A program made the translations under genes and the position numbers. The notes below the pieces were generated by a model. That model searched no databases. It had not been told where the DNA came from and was given only the letters and a program-made list of their open reading frames with translations. Shown here one piece after another: positions 12,401 through 24,287 of a stretch of 64,000 nt of DNA. Origin of the DNA: Azolla caroliniana (lineage: Eukaryota > Plantae > Polypodiophyta). The stretch's first letter is position 1, and each line of letters opens with the position of its first letter. The stretch lies in contig JBHGNT010000017.1 in the NCBI GenBank assembly GCA_043228905.1, positions 10,912,001 to 10,976,000 on the forward strand, read 5' to 3'.

Positions 12401-13825
12401 AGCAACCGGGTGGAAGGATCCGGTGGAAGAAAAGATAGGCTTAGTGGAAGCCGCTTGCCAAAACTACGAAGTAATGGTAAATGACAAGGGAGCTGGTCCA
12501 TCAAGGAAATACGACGCTTGAGGTGCACGAAGAAGGGAAGAGTTGAACAAGTTTCATGCATGCTACGAACGATGGAAAGAGAAGGGGAACCCCCCAACCT
12601 TCAAGCTTTGCTCGGAGATCAAACAAGCAACGAACTTGAAGAACGTAGTGGAGGAAAGGATCCTCGATAGTCGCGTAGAGTTTACTCTACGAGAGGTCCT
12701 CGGAATTGCCAAGAAAGAATTCCATGAGTTCATCATCAACCTAATGAAGAGGAAGCGACTCTCGACGGAGCAAGAAGTGGCAAAGCCCGCGATTGTAAAT
12801 GCATTGTCAACTGAGGTGCCCAAGGAAGACGAAGACTATGCGGACAGTCACTACACGAGGCCGCATTGGGCGAGAGCGACAACGGAGACACCGGTACGGG
12901 TCAAAGATGTAAAAGAGCCGGTTGTAGCATTGATCGAACATGGTTCTGAGATCAACCTTATGTCCATGGACTTTTATAAAAAGGGAAAGTGGTTGATCAA
13001 CACAAAGCACCGGTGGAAGATTAGAGTAGCGACCCGAGCAACCGAGGAGCTATACGGGGCTTGCCCGAATGTACGGGTGAAGGTGGGGTACGTAGAAATA
13101 GATCAACATTCCTTTGTTCAAGAGACGTCCTCACAACCAGTCATCTTGGGTGAACCATACATCACAGCGGCTCGCATGGAGACGAAGGTGCTAGACAACG
13201 GGTCGGCATATGCGAGGGTCAAGAGCCTAGATGGGAAGCATTTGGTCCAACTCCTTATAGTGAGGCCCAACCGTGATCGCAATCGAGCCTCCCTCAAAGG
13301 GGAGAGCCGAGAGGATTTTTTATGCCAGCTATTAAAGAGTGGGGCTGCAATAGTTGGAGGCAAACTAAGACCCTAAACCCTTGCAAAACTATTAAATGTA
13401 ATAGGAAACAATTTTGGTTCTCCGAAAATGGAGCTTGTAAAATAACTAGTTTAAGTGATAGAGATAAGCCTAGGGCCAAGAGATACAAAAGGTATCTCAA
13501 ACAATGTAATTTATTAGAGAAAGATGACACCATAAGCGGCACCATCGAAGAGGTAATTCTAGTCAACTCAGTTGACATGTACACCGCCATCAAAGAGCTT
13601 GGGCGGTTGATCGAGGAAGCGAGTATGGTCAAGGTGCAAACAAAGTACAAGACCATGGACAAGAAGGTGAAGCTTGTGTCTGCCCCATTGGCTAACGATA
13701 GTTGGGATCAGATAAAGGGGGTGGCAGCCGATCCTAGCTTGCGGGACCCACGAGGCATAGGGCACCGGTTCACCGACGAGACGCGACAGAAGCTCCAGAT
13801 TGGTGGGGGTGGCTTCCTATTACTA
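9406..13825 (+). mobile_element. Trp-primed Ty3/gypsy element T2, 3'-truncated: LTR 9406-11204, PBS-Trp 11210-11227, gag-protease ~11250-13320, RT N-terminus to ~13825
   Basis: LTR termini TGTCATGA...TCACGACA, PBS TGGTGAACTCGACGTGAA, and gag (CMWCDNPDHLRREC) and protease (LIEHGSEINLM) homologous to T1. Inserted head-to-head into the T1 LTR. Confidence 0.88.
10320..10945. repeat. ~103-bp tandem repeat, about 6 copies, inside the T2 LTR
   Basis: Unit CTTGTACGTTCGG..TCTTGTGACGAGGGA...GCCCATGCACCTCTCCTCCTCATAAAG.CGTACG recurs at ~10321, 10423, 10529, 10632, 10734 and 10838. Confidence 0.92.
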
Positions 13826-14710
13826 ACTTCCAGAATACCAAAACCCGATTTACGACATTTTTACTCTCCAACATGGTACCATTTTCTCCTAGAGCACATG
13901 AGCCTTACTTTCTTCATTAAAGTTGTTGTACAGGCTCATGTCGATGAAGCATCGAATGTATGCCGTCGTATTCATATGCATCACCTCCGACATCGTGGCA
14001 TCGATCTTGTCTGGCCTCTTATCTCCAAACTGTACCGGCGGGCCAGAGATCTTTGACCACAAGCATGTCCCTCATCTTCGACTTCCACACTGGGTAGTTC
14101 GAACCGGTGAGCTAGAACATGCTTCCGAATGACTTTTCCATTTTATTCAACGTTTACAACCTTCGCTCTGATATCAGTTTGTGCGGAATATCACTTGGCC
14201 ACAACCGAGTCTTAAACTCGCAATGGAAGAAATGAATAGAAAATAACAATGCACTTACATAGACAACGGAGACAACGGAGACAACACTAGATGTTTATGT
14301 GGAAAACCCTAATCTGGAAAAACCACGGGAGCCCACAGACTCCAAATATCACTATGAGAGGAAGAATACAAGACGAGACTCAGAGGCAATGACGTCGAGC
14401 TCTATGTCTTCGCCAACCAACGGTTACAGTAGAAATTACTTTGTGTTTCTCTTTGTCTATACAACAAAACAATAACAACATATAAAGGGATTTCCCTAAG
14501 TCATATTTATACTTATATGACTTTAGGTCTATTACAGATGTGGCCATGACAGGCACACTAGAAACATATTTGCAGATATGTCCCTGGATCTGGTTCGCGC
14601 CGAATACCTTCCAGATCCGCCCGGTCCGGTTCCTTCCTTCAGCTCATCCAATCTGTATCCCATCCAAAGGTACCGAATTCCCAATAGGCATTCCTAAATC
14701 GGTATCCGCA
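13826..14710 (-). mobile_element. 5' fragment of a Ty1/copia element (LTR ~14180-14710, degenerate PBS-Met 14165-14176, gag N-terminus)
   Basis: Minus strand reads LTGSNYPVWKSKMRDML, as in the copia at 51267-56545. The LTR shares CCCTAAGTCATATTTATACT with that element. Confidence 0.8.
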
Positions 14711-15490
14711 AGCTCGGGACCTGGAACTCGATGGGCATTATGACTTTTAGTCCAAACGCTAACCGGAATGGGGTGGACTGAATATTGGTTTTAAAGCTTG
14801 TTCAATATGCCCATAGGGTGCTGTGAAGCTTAGTGTCCTAATCTGTGCGGTTTTCGTTGACGATCATCTTCAAAATATTCTGTAAAGTTTTGTTCATTTA
14901 ACCCGTGAGTCCATTTGCCTAAGGGTAGTACAAAGTACTCCTTTTGTGGATTACCACGTAGTGTTCAGTAAGCCCATGAATCATCGTATTTAGGAAGTGG
15001 CCTCCTTGGTCACTGATGAGTTCAATAGGACAACCGAAACGACACCACATGTTCTGATATAAAACTTTTGTGGTGGATGTCGCCGTATTGTCCCGGAAGG
15101 CTTTTGCGTCAACTGATTTGGTGCAGTAATCTGTTGCCACCAAAACATATTTGTTTCCCGTGTACGTCACGGACAGGGTAAATGGACCGATGAAATCGAG
15201 ACCCCATTTTTGGAATGGCTCTAATTGGAGCACAGGCTGATGTGGTATTCAGGCTCACTCCGTAGGTTGTCCCATTCGCTGACACAAGTCACATTCTCGG
15301 CAGTATGCTTCGGCGTCCTTCTATGTGGTTGATCACTAGAGCCCACCTCGCCAAATCTTCCGCGCGGTAGTGGCCCTGGATATACCACAATGGGCTTTCT
15401 TCTCATCATTGTGAATGCACCTTCGCCAAAATGCCATCGCTTCCCTTGTGATACAAGGTTCCTTCTAGTAGGAAAAAGGTGTGACTACTA
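14711..15490 (-). pseudogene. Gypsy integrase fragment, element-B family
   Basis: [13 protein letters not shown]...ATDYCTK...FGCPIELISDQGGHF, nearly collinear with the element B integrase. Confidence 0.88.
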
Positions 15491-17040
15491 GGATCGAAGT
15501 ATCGACTCCAATCCCGATCTACTGCGACAACATAAGTAGAATGTAACCAGCCAAGAACGTTGTGTTCCATGCTCAGACGAAGCACATAGAAGTGCAGTAT
15601 CACTTTGTGTACGAGCGGGTCCTTAGCGATGAAGTAGAACTCCAATATGCCTGGACGGATCGGTAGGTTGCTGACATCTTCACGAAGGCCCTTGGAACAG
15701 ACAAGTTGCAACATTTTTCGGAGTTGCAGCAGCCGCCAAAGCCAAATGGCTTCATAGGTGGCAACGGTAGTGCCGTGATACTCGGCCTCATTGCTTGAAA
15801 GAGCCACAGTTGGTTGCTTTTTGCAGCTCAACACAACTGCCACGCTACGTAGAGAGAACATGAATCCGGAAGTGGACCTACGGTCGCCGGCATTTCCGGC
15901 CCAACTGACATCTGTATATCTGACTAGCTTCTCAAGTATACCATGTCGGTATAATAGTCCCCAGTCCTTAGTGCCACTATCATACCTTAGTATATGATGT
16001 GCGCACTGAAGGTGCTCCACGGTTGGCTTCTGCATGAATTGGCTGATCGCGCCGACCAGATAGTTAATGTCGAGTCGGGTGATCGTTAAATAAGTGAGGG
16101 TTCCGACAATTTTTCAGAACCATTTCTCATCGTAGGCCGGTCCGGAGTCCTGACGAAGCTTCAAGTTCCGGTCCAGGAGTCAGAAGACTGGTCAGCAATC
16201 CGCCATGCTGAACATGTACAACATATTTAACACACAATGTTGTTGTGAGAGCCGTATGCTATCTGGGATGTGGATCACTTCGATCCCGACGAAATAATGA
16301 AGGTCCCCCAGGTCCTTCATTTCGAATGCATCCGACTTGGGACTTCACTCGGCATATTTCAGCGAGTCCAGGTCTGGATCCGAATTTATCCAAATCGGCG
16401 CGCTTCTTCTAGCACTCTCTTTCTCGGTGGCCCTTCTTGCCATAGTACCACCATTCTGTGTCGGCCTTTGATTGCAATTTCCGACGGCGCTTAGACTCCC
16501 CCTGCTTGTGGAGGCTCTGGAACTCTTGTCGGCACTATCTCTGTACCTTCGATTCTGCTCCTGCTTGCCACGGCTACTGCGTGCTGACCCACCTCGTCCT
16601 CCACTTCCACGAGGCCGATCCACCTCTGTGTACAACATTCAGCTATCCTATTGAGTGGTCCTCGACCCACTCGCGTGGTTTTCTTCGACCATGAACATCG
16701 ATTGCAGGTCAAAGAAGGACAATGACTTCTCCTGGGTGCAAATCGCTGTCTGGATTGGCCCGTATTGTTGTGGTAGACCACCAAGACAGATTTGGACTAT
16801 CTCATGCTCGTCCATTATCATGTTGATGGAACCGAGCCCGTCGTAGATCACATTGATCTTGGTGCTATAGTCGGTGACTAACATGGCCCGTTGTTGGATA
16901 CTGTTGAGTTCTTGCCAGAGCTGCAACTTCTGAGTCATGGTACTTGTGGTGAAAATGTTCCAGAGATTTTCCCAAGCCTCTTTCCACGTTTTTGCTGACG
17001 CGAGGCAGTACAATACTCTACCCGCTCATTGTTCCCATAC
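15491..17040 (-). pseudogene. Rearranged copia remnant: gag 16345-17040 (-), RT/RNase H 15723-16340 (-), inverted RNase H C-terminus 15491-15722 (+)
   Basis: Minus strand: YTDVSWAGNAGDRRSTSG...KKQPTVALSSNEAEY and a gag homologous to 3802-4590. Plus strand: IYCDN...TKHIEVQYHFV...ADIFTKAL. Confidence 0.85.
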
Positions 17041-19498
17041 CGGGAAGCGGCATAGTGCATAGCCTCCACGTGCCTTGCATCTTCTTCTTCTACAATCTTT
17101 TTCAGCCCACCTCTTCCGAAGTTCACTCGTAGTGGCTTCCGGGTCTCGCTTGAGTGAATCATGTTGCCGTCCAAATAGATGACATTCTTACGGATCGCAT
17201 CTTGCAAGTCAACACATTCCCTTCGTGAGTGTTCAAAGCTATCGCACCACACACATCTATACGCTTCTTTCCCCTTGGGCCCGCGCCGACCTAAGTTGGC
17301 TAGCGATACCGCTTCAAACTTCTTGGAGAGCTCTTCGATTATAGACTCCTCCATTGCTTTCTTGTCGAAATTGTTGATCGGCTTACTAGGCTTAATCATC
17401 GTAGGTGCCTTCTTCCACAATTGTGGATTCTCGACCTCAGCTTCCTCTTGCCATTGTCGCCGCTTATCAAAACGGCTGCAAGCCTTCTTCACCGCCGCCC
17501 AGTCCGCTACCAAACCATTTGGTTGTGTTTCATCCTCCAAGAAACTACCCAATTCTCGCCGATCTTTCGCATCCATTGCCTTTAGGAATAGCAAGACTTT
17601 ATCTCCGTCGAGAACTCGTTGCTCGACACTCGGAAGTCGGTTGTACTTCTGGTCGAATTCGGCATAAATTCCCGATGCACACAAATTCTTCCCTTTCTTC
17701 TCGATCCAATTCATTAACGCATGCCGAGTCATCCGCGATGCGTCTTCAAGCATGTATTCAGTGAGAAGAGCCCTTTCGAACTCCGCCCAAGTTGCATGCT
17801 CGTTTTGGATCTCCATCACGCGCTCACGGATCCCGGGTTCTACCACACGCTTAAAGCTTGAAATTTGTTTTGGATCATGGACATCTCTTTGTTGCATCTC
17901 ATTCCGGTAGGTAGCAAGGAAATTTGTGATGTTCTTCCCACCAAATCTTCCAACTGTCTCCACAGTTCGGTCAACAGCTTTGTCGACTAAAGCCTCCCGA
18001 TCTCTCTCTTTCAGCATGAATTCGACGACGGACACCATGCCTTTCGTCAATTCTTCTCCTTGAGTTCCATTTGTCGAAGCCATCTTCGTACTTGATATCC
18101 TCCTATTGCCTCGTTTCACGTCGGGTTCACCAAAGATGTCGCGAAAATACGACAAGGATACGCGAACTTGAGGCAGGACCCCGGGGCCTCCGACCGAAGG
18201 ATAATCACATGTGTGCGTTTATATTTTTAACAATTAACAGAAAGAAGAAATTTAATAATTTTCATTAACAAAGGAAAAAGAAATTACAATATGTCCCAAG
18301 ATTGGGATTTAGAAGTTTTAGGTTTACTAAGATTAATAGAAAAGAAAAAATTAGGGGTTTTGAGAGATATCGCTTCCGTAGGGAAGATTAGGATTAGGTT
18401 ATATGAGTATTATGGCTTCCGTAGGGAATTTTAGGGTTTATGAGAGTTATGGCTTCCCTAAGATAAGGGAGTTGAGAAGAAAAAAAATAATAATAATAAT
18501 ATGGAGAGTCTATCCTAGTGTAGGAAAAAAAATGGAATAAAAATGGAGTTCTCCCTTAATCATAACTTTTTCACTTTTTGTTGCATGGCCTCTACTTTTA
18601 GTTGCCTAGCTTTTTCTTTTGGTTGCATGTGACTGTCCACATGACCTTTACTTTCTCCATGTACTCCCTTCTTTAGTTGCTTGCGTCCACATGGCCTTTA
18701 CTTTAGTTCTCTTCACTTTACTTTAGTTTGTTGCATGATCCAATCTTTCGTCCGTCCGCGTCCAACATCGTCCGGTAGCCGGTTCCATTTTGCTTGCCGG
18801 TCGGTTCCGATTCCGATTTTGCTTGCCGGTCGGTTCCGATTCCGATTTTGCTTGCCGACCAGTTCCGGTTTGCTTGCCGGTTTCGGTTCCGGTTTTGCTT
18901 GCCGGCCGGTTCCGGTTTGCTTGCCAGTTCTGGTTCCGGTTTTGCTTGTCGACCGGTTTCGGTTTGCTTGCCGGTTCCGGTTTCGGTTTGCTTGCCAATT
19001 CCGGTTCCGGTTTTGCTTACCGGCCGGTTTCCGGTTTTGCTTGCCGGCCGGTTTCCGGTTTGCATACCCGTTCCAGTTCCGGTTTTGCTTACCGGCCCGT
19101 TTCCAGATTTGCTTACCGAACCCGTTCTCCGGATTTGCTTACCGGACCCATTTTCCGGATTTGCTTACTGGCCGATTTCCAGTTTTAAGGAATTTGGCCA
19201 CCATCATCCATCAAGACAAAGTGGCCAAAGTGCTCTTAGCACAAATGAAAAATGAGGGAGCTCAAGGTGCTTATATAGCCAGGGCCTTAAGTTTCCTATC
19301 TATGTGGGATAGTTCTAATTTTCCTATATTCTCAAACTTCATTTTCACATAACTTGATATGTATTTCTCCATTTTGTATATAATAAAATATGTTTTGAAG
19401 CTCTTGAGTATATCCATCTTTCTATAGTAAGATACTAATCTAATCTATAATAATTATTTCATTATTTTTTTACATAGTGTGTGAAGATTCACACGACA
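17041..19498 (-). mobile_element. Trp-primed gypsy element T3, 5' part: LTR 18137-19498, PBS-Trp 18115-18132, gag ~18083-17041
   Basis: 18-nt PBS, open gag (GRFGGKNITNFL...CVWCDSFEHSRREC) and LTR termini TGTCG...CGACA. The LTR is homologous to the solo LTR 58745-60338. Confidence 0.9.
18770..19185. repeat. CCGG-rich degenerate tandem array in the T3 LTR
   Basis: Repeated TTCCGGTTT(T)GCTTGCCGG-like units of ~17-29 bp. Confidence 0.9.
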
Positions 19499-20575
19499 AC
19501 GGGTTTTGAGCGGTGAAGTTGAACTTCGGTATGTTTAGACGAATCGGCAGGTTGCCGATATCTTCACCAAACCGCTCGAATCGGACAAGTTGCAGCACTT
19601 CACTGAAATGCTTGGTGTTCAACATCTCGACGTGCTGCACTTGAGGGGGAGAAAAGGAAAGGGAACGGATGGCACCAGACAAGGAGCCAAAGAGGAAGAA
19701 AGAACCAACAAAGGGGAGACAAAGGGAAAAAGGAAGCTGAGTCGACGAAGGAAGTCGGCACATCTGAACAAGTCAGAACGAGCGGCAACGGCGGCAGAGT
19801 CAAGAAGGACAGAGCCGACCGGAAGGAGAAGGCCAAGACCCGAACATGGTCTGATATGGTGAAGGGCCTAAAACCGGAAGACAAGTTGGAGAACAATGAC
19901 TCGGACAAGAGCCAGAATGAATCGGGAGCAACCGATTCAGATAAGAGCTAGAATGAATCAAAGGAAACTGATTCGGTTCAAGATTAGGAGAAGCTGAATC
20001 AACTAAAGGCCAAACGAACACGAACACAATGGAAGTCGACGCCAACACGAAGGAACCGATGGGTCGACAAGTGTCGGAGTCGCAACAGCGAGGAAGCTGA
20101 AATGGGCCTGTTGGGCAGACAAGCCAACCGGGGAGGTTGAGGTGTGCAGAACCAGAAGGGTTGCGGCAAACAGGACTGAACCGGACGAGGAGCACAAGCA
20201 AGGCGGAGCAACGCCAGAAGGAGCCACGTAGAAAAACCGGCTGCCACAGACACTAACACCACGATCCGACCTCAAGTTGAGCTTGAGGGGGAGTGTTGAG
20301 CGAGCAAGCTCAACCAGATCTAGATTTTCTGAAGAAGCCTGAGCTGGATCGGCATCCAGAAGGATGAGCCGGATTCGAGCGGGAACCGGAAGCGTAGTAG
20401 TAGCCTAGACTACTAGGTAATCATTGTCTCGTAGTTAATGTCAGTCGCACGTAGGAATATTGAAGTACTTGTCAGTACTTCTGTCAGTCCTTTATGGACT
20501 TGTATAAATAGTGTTGTTTAGCACGTTGTATGTACAGAGTTTTCAGAGTGATATTTTGAATTGAGTTTATGTTCT

Positions 20576-20669
<94 letters not shown>

Positions 20670-20771
20670 GCGTATACTCTCTATGTATTAAGCTTCTCCA
20701 TTAAACCTTCATCTTATTCTTTGTTGCTATCCGGCTGAGCCAGTTCTTCTTAACGCTTCCGCATGTTTACA
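19499..20771 (+). mobile_element. 3' part of a Ty1/copia element: RNase H end, charged 3' tail, PPT ~20284-20293, LTR 20294-~20771 containing (CT)n at ~20577-20667
   Basis: QVADIFTKPLESDKLQHF, then GCTTGAGGGGGAG directly followed by TGTTGAG. The LTR right end is approximate. Confidence 0.82.
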
Positions 20772-21211
20772 TTCACACATTGCACATCTCACAACGAACG
20801 TGGAGTTTGCCACTCGAGCATAGTTTGGACTTTAGCCGGATCTATAGAGATGCCTTCCGAGGAAATGACATAGCCAAGAAATTCCACCTGGCTATAGTCA
20901 AAACTACACTTCTCTAGCTTTGCATAAAGAAATTCCACCTGGCTATAGTCATCTTAGTACTAATAGTACATGAGAATCATGCTCCTCCTCAGTCTTTGAA
21001 TAAACTAGCAAATCATCCAAGTAGATGATTAAAAAGATGTCCAAAAGATCTCAGAATATGTCATTTGCCATGTGCTCTATAGATAGAAGACTGTTGGCGC
21101 ATTGGTGGGGCCGAATGGCATAACCATATACTCGAAGTGCCCATATTGGGTGCGGAAAGTTGTCTTCCATTCGTCTCTTGGTCGAATCCGTACGAAGTTA
21201 TATGCTCCCGT

Positions 21212-24200
21212 TGTCGAGCCCTTCGGCTCCGGATCGTTGCATGAGTTGGGTGGGAACCGCCGAGGTTTTGGACTAGGAGGAAGAGGAATACAACTTAAGG
21301 CTAGTTATGAATAATAGGAAGAGAAGTAAGATAGTAATCTCGTGAATCCCACGAGTTTAGTGTATTTTAAAACAATATTTAGATTATAAGAGTAATTTAG
21401 ATGGCAAAATTCGTGAATCCCACGAATATATTAGATTGATCAATTCTTCTATATTAATCAACACCCATATACATATTTCTCTCCTCCTTATATAAAGATG
21501 GAAGAGGCTAAGCATGGCTTCATGCTTTTTCACCTAAAGTGTCCATGCACACTAAATGTGCATGTGATGCTTTGTCATTTTCTAAATATAGGGCTCATGC
21601 ACGCTAGATGTGCATGAGTCACTTTTAATGGCACGTGTAAATAAAATATTCACACTCTAAAGAATACATGATTTTTACCTTTTAATAAAGGTATGTGTAA
21701 ATAAAGGTCTTATACGTATTAAATCTATATTTATAACACTAAAGATAAGTTATTACAATGGTAAAGTTGGGGTTTATCTACGTGGAGGTGCATGGTTCGA
21801 ATCTTGCCCTATGCACGTGATAAATTCTTTTGATATATTATTTATTTATTTCTATGTATCTAAAATCGGATATATTATTTTATGGTTTTTACGTAGTGTG
21901 TGGAATACACTACGACACTCGCCCCCTCCGAACCCGCACATCCTCCGGTATGTGCCGAAGTTGCCGATGCTCGTTGTCTCCCCTTCATCCTCCGTTTGTC
22001 CCGCTATGTCAACTTTGTCTCTCCATTTTGAGTAGACCCATTCTTTCCACCCGAACCATTGTCGCCATCCGATCCACCATATTCTTTGTTCTCTCTCGTC
22101 ATATTCTTGGCCCTTGTCATTCGTGGTAGTGTCTTTTACTGGCCTCTTTCTTGTCTTCATCAACCTTGACTTTTTTCCGGATCGCTCTTGTCCGATCAAC
22201 TTTCGGTTTGATCGGCTTCCGATCGGATTCGTATTCAGCCGAATCGGAATTGGTTGTTCGGTTTTGATTGAGTCGGTCTCCTTCCGGCCCGGTTTCGATC
22301 TATCGCTTTCGGTTTCAGTTGGCTTTCTTTTCCTCGTTTTCACCAGCCTCGACCGGTCCAACCTCCAGTTGAGTCGGATTAGCTTCTTTCCGGATCGGTC
22401 TCGTCCGATCGGCTTTCGGCTAGGTCGGCTTCCATCCATATTCGCGTTTGGCCAAGTCAGACTCAGTCGACCGGTTTTGATCGAGTCGACCCCTTTTCGG
22501 GTCGGCTTTCTTTTGGGTCGTCTTTTGGCCGAATCCTCTTTCACCCGGTTCGGCTTTCTTTCAGATCGAAATCCCGTCCGGATCACCTTCCATCCGAACC
22601 GGCTTCCGACTTTACCTTTCTTGCCGCCACCTCCTGTCTCTCCGGTCTCACGTTGGTTCTCGAATACAACCGCCGAAGTCTCTAGAATTAGTGGATAGGA
22701 ATCCACGGTATTATCGTCCTCCGTTGTTTCACCCATAGCCACCTCCTTGGCTATCTCTCCTTCGTATGCATCGGCTTCGACCTTCGTTTCGTTGCCGCCA
22801 CTTTCCTTATCTTCGGTGTTATGTCGACACACGGGCTCGACTACCGAAGTCTCCGAAACAATGGTGAAGGAATCCCTTCGTTCGTGCTCATTTACTTTGT
22901 CTTCCTCGTCGCCCTTCCGGTCCTCCACCTTTCCGTCGACACATTCCGTCTCTCCGGTCTCACGTTGGTGCACGGGCACAATCGCCAAAGTTTTTGGAAC
23001 CGGTGTGGGGATACCCTTTCGTCCTCGATCTTCCTCCTCCTCGTCCTTTGTTGGCCTCGACTTTGGTTCGGTTTTAAGCTCCCCTTCAATGTCGACTTGC
23101 GACTTTTCATGCATCTCCGAACCCTTCCGCATCAAGCTCTCCTTCAGTGGAAGTCGGTGGCCGCTTTTCACCCACTGTTGATCGCCGTTCGTGGACCATG
23201 TCCTCGTCTGCTTCGGTCTTAGATAGTCATATGCGTCTCGTATAGCTTCTTCAAAGGACTCCCATGTTGGATTTTGTTGCCGTATCTTGAAGATTCTTTC
23301 TTGTAACTCATCCGTGGCTACCCGACTGAAGGATATCACTTGCAATCCTTCCGGTATCCCACATCGCATCATCTCCGTCTTGTAGTCATGTAGATAGCGT
23401 GACACATCCTTTCCGTCGAATTCCCCGTTTCTTCGCACAAGCCGCACTACTGTCGATTTCATCTCTGACATTGTGTGTTGCTCTTCTTGCATCCGCTTAA
23501 TCATCATCATCATCATATTCATCGCTTCTTGTTGATTCTCCATCTCCTTACCACCCGGTTTCACGTCGGGTTCACCAACTGTGTCGAGCCCTTCGGCTCC
23601 GGATCGTTGCATGAGTCGGGTGGGAACCGCCGAGGTTTTGGACTAGGAGGAAGAGGAATACAACTTAAGGCTAGTTATGAATAATAGGAAGAGAAGTAAG
23701 ATAGTAATCTCGTGAATCCCACGAGTTTAGTGTATTTTAAAACAATATTTAGATTATAAGAGTAATTTAGATGGCAAAATTCGTGAATCCCACGAATATA
23801 TTAGATTGATCAATTCTTCTATATTAATCAACACCCATATACATATTTCTCTCCTCCTTATATAAAGATGGAAGAGGCTAAGCATGGCTTCATGCTTTTT
23901 CACCTAAAGTGTCCATGCACACTAAATGTGCATGTGATGCTTTGTCATTTTCTAAATATAGGGCTCATGCATGCTAGATGTGCATGAGTCACTTTTAATG
24001 GCACGTGTAAATAAAATATTCACACTCTAAAGAATACATGATTTTTACCTTTTAATAAAGGTATGTGTAAATAAAGGTCTTATACGTATTAAATCTATAT
24101 TTATAACACTAAAGATAAGTTATTACAATTGTAAAGTTGGGGTTTATCTACGTGGAGGTGCATGGTTCGAATCTTGCCCTATGCACGTGATAAATTCTTT

Positions 24201-24287
24201 TGATATATTATTTATTTATTTATATGTATCTAAAATCGGATATATTATTTTATGGTTTTTACGTAGTGTATGGAATACACTACGACA
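21212..24287 (-). mobile_element. Young non-autonomous Trp-primed LTR element T4 (3.08 kb, gag-only)
   Basis: 706-bp LTRs at 21212-21917 and 23582-24287 differ at ~5 positions by eye. PBS-Trp 23560-23577, PPT GGAGGGGGCGAG 21918-21929, 4-bp TSD CCGT/CCGC. Confidence 0.95.
21852..23543 (-). CDS. Truncated gag N-terminal domain fused to an acidic then basic low-complexity tail (ORF of T4)
   Basis: Open frame 21852-23612, first ATG after the PBS at ~23543. GEFDGKDVSRYLHDYKTEM...TWESFEEA matches the T1-T3 gag start. No pol motifs. Confidence 0.7.
   Translation of the reverse strand: MENQQEAMNMMMMMIKRMQEEQHTMSEMKSTVVRLVRRNGEFDGKDVSRYLHDYKTEMMRCGIPEGLQVISFSRVATDELQERIFKIRQQNPTWESFEEAIRDAYDYLRPKQTRTWSTNGDQQWVKSGHRLPLKESLMRKGSEMHEKSQVDIEGELKTEPKSRPTKDEEEEDRGRKGIPTPVPKTLAIVPVHQRETGETECVDGKVEDRKGDEEDKVNEHERRDSFTIVSETSVVEPVCRHNTEDKESGGNETKVEADAYEGEIAKEVAMGETTEDDNTVDSYPLILETSAVVFENQRETGETGGGGKKGKVGSRFGWKVIRTGFRSERKPNRVKEDSAKRRPKRKPTRKGVDSIKTGRLSLTWPNANMDGSRPSRKPIGRDRSGKKLIRLNWRLDRSRLVKTRKRKPTETESDRSKPGRKETDSIKTEQPIPIRLNTNPIGSRSNRKLIGQERSGKKSRLMKTRKRPVKDTTTNDKGQEYDEREQRIWWIGWRQWFGWKEWVYSKWRDKVDIAGQTEDEGETTSIGNFGTYRRMCGFGGGECRSVFHTLRKNHKIIYPILDT

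Noticed and set aside
18681-19352. Long overlapping ORFs in several frames (also 59338-60175, 10236-10995)
   Set aside because: Artefacts of stop-poor tandem repeats within LTRs.
20876-20952. 25-bp direct repeat AAGAAATTCCACCTGGCTATAGTCA x2
   Set aside because: An isolated short duplication with no associated structure.
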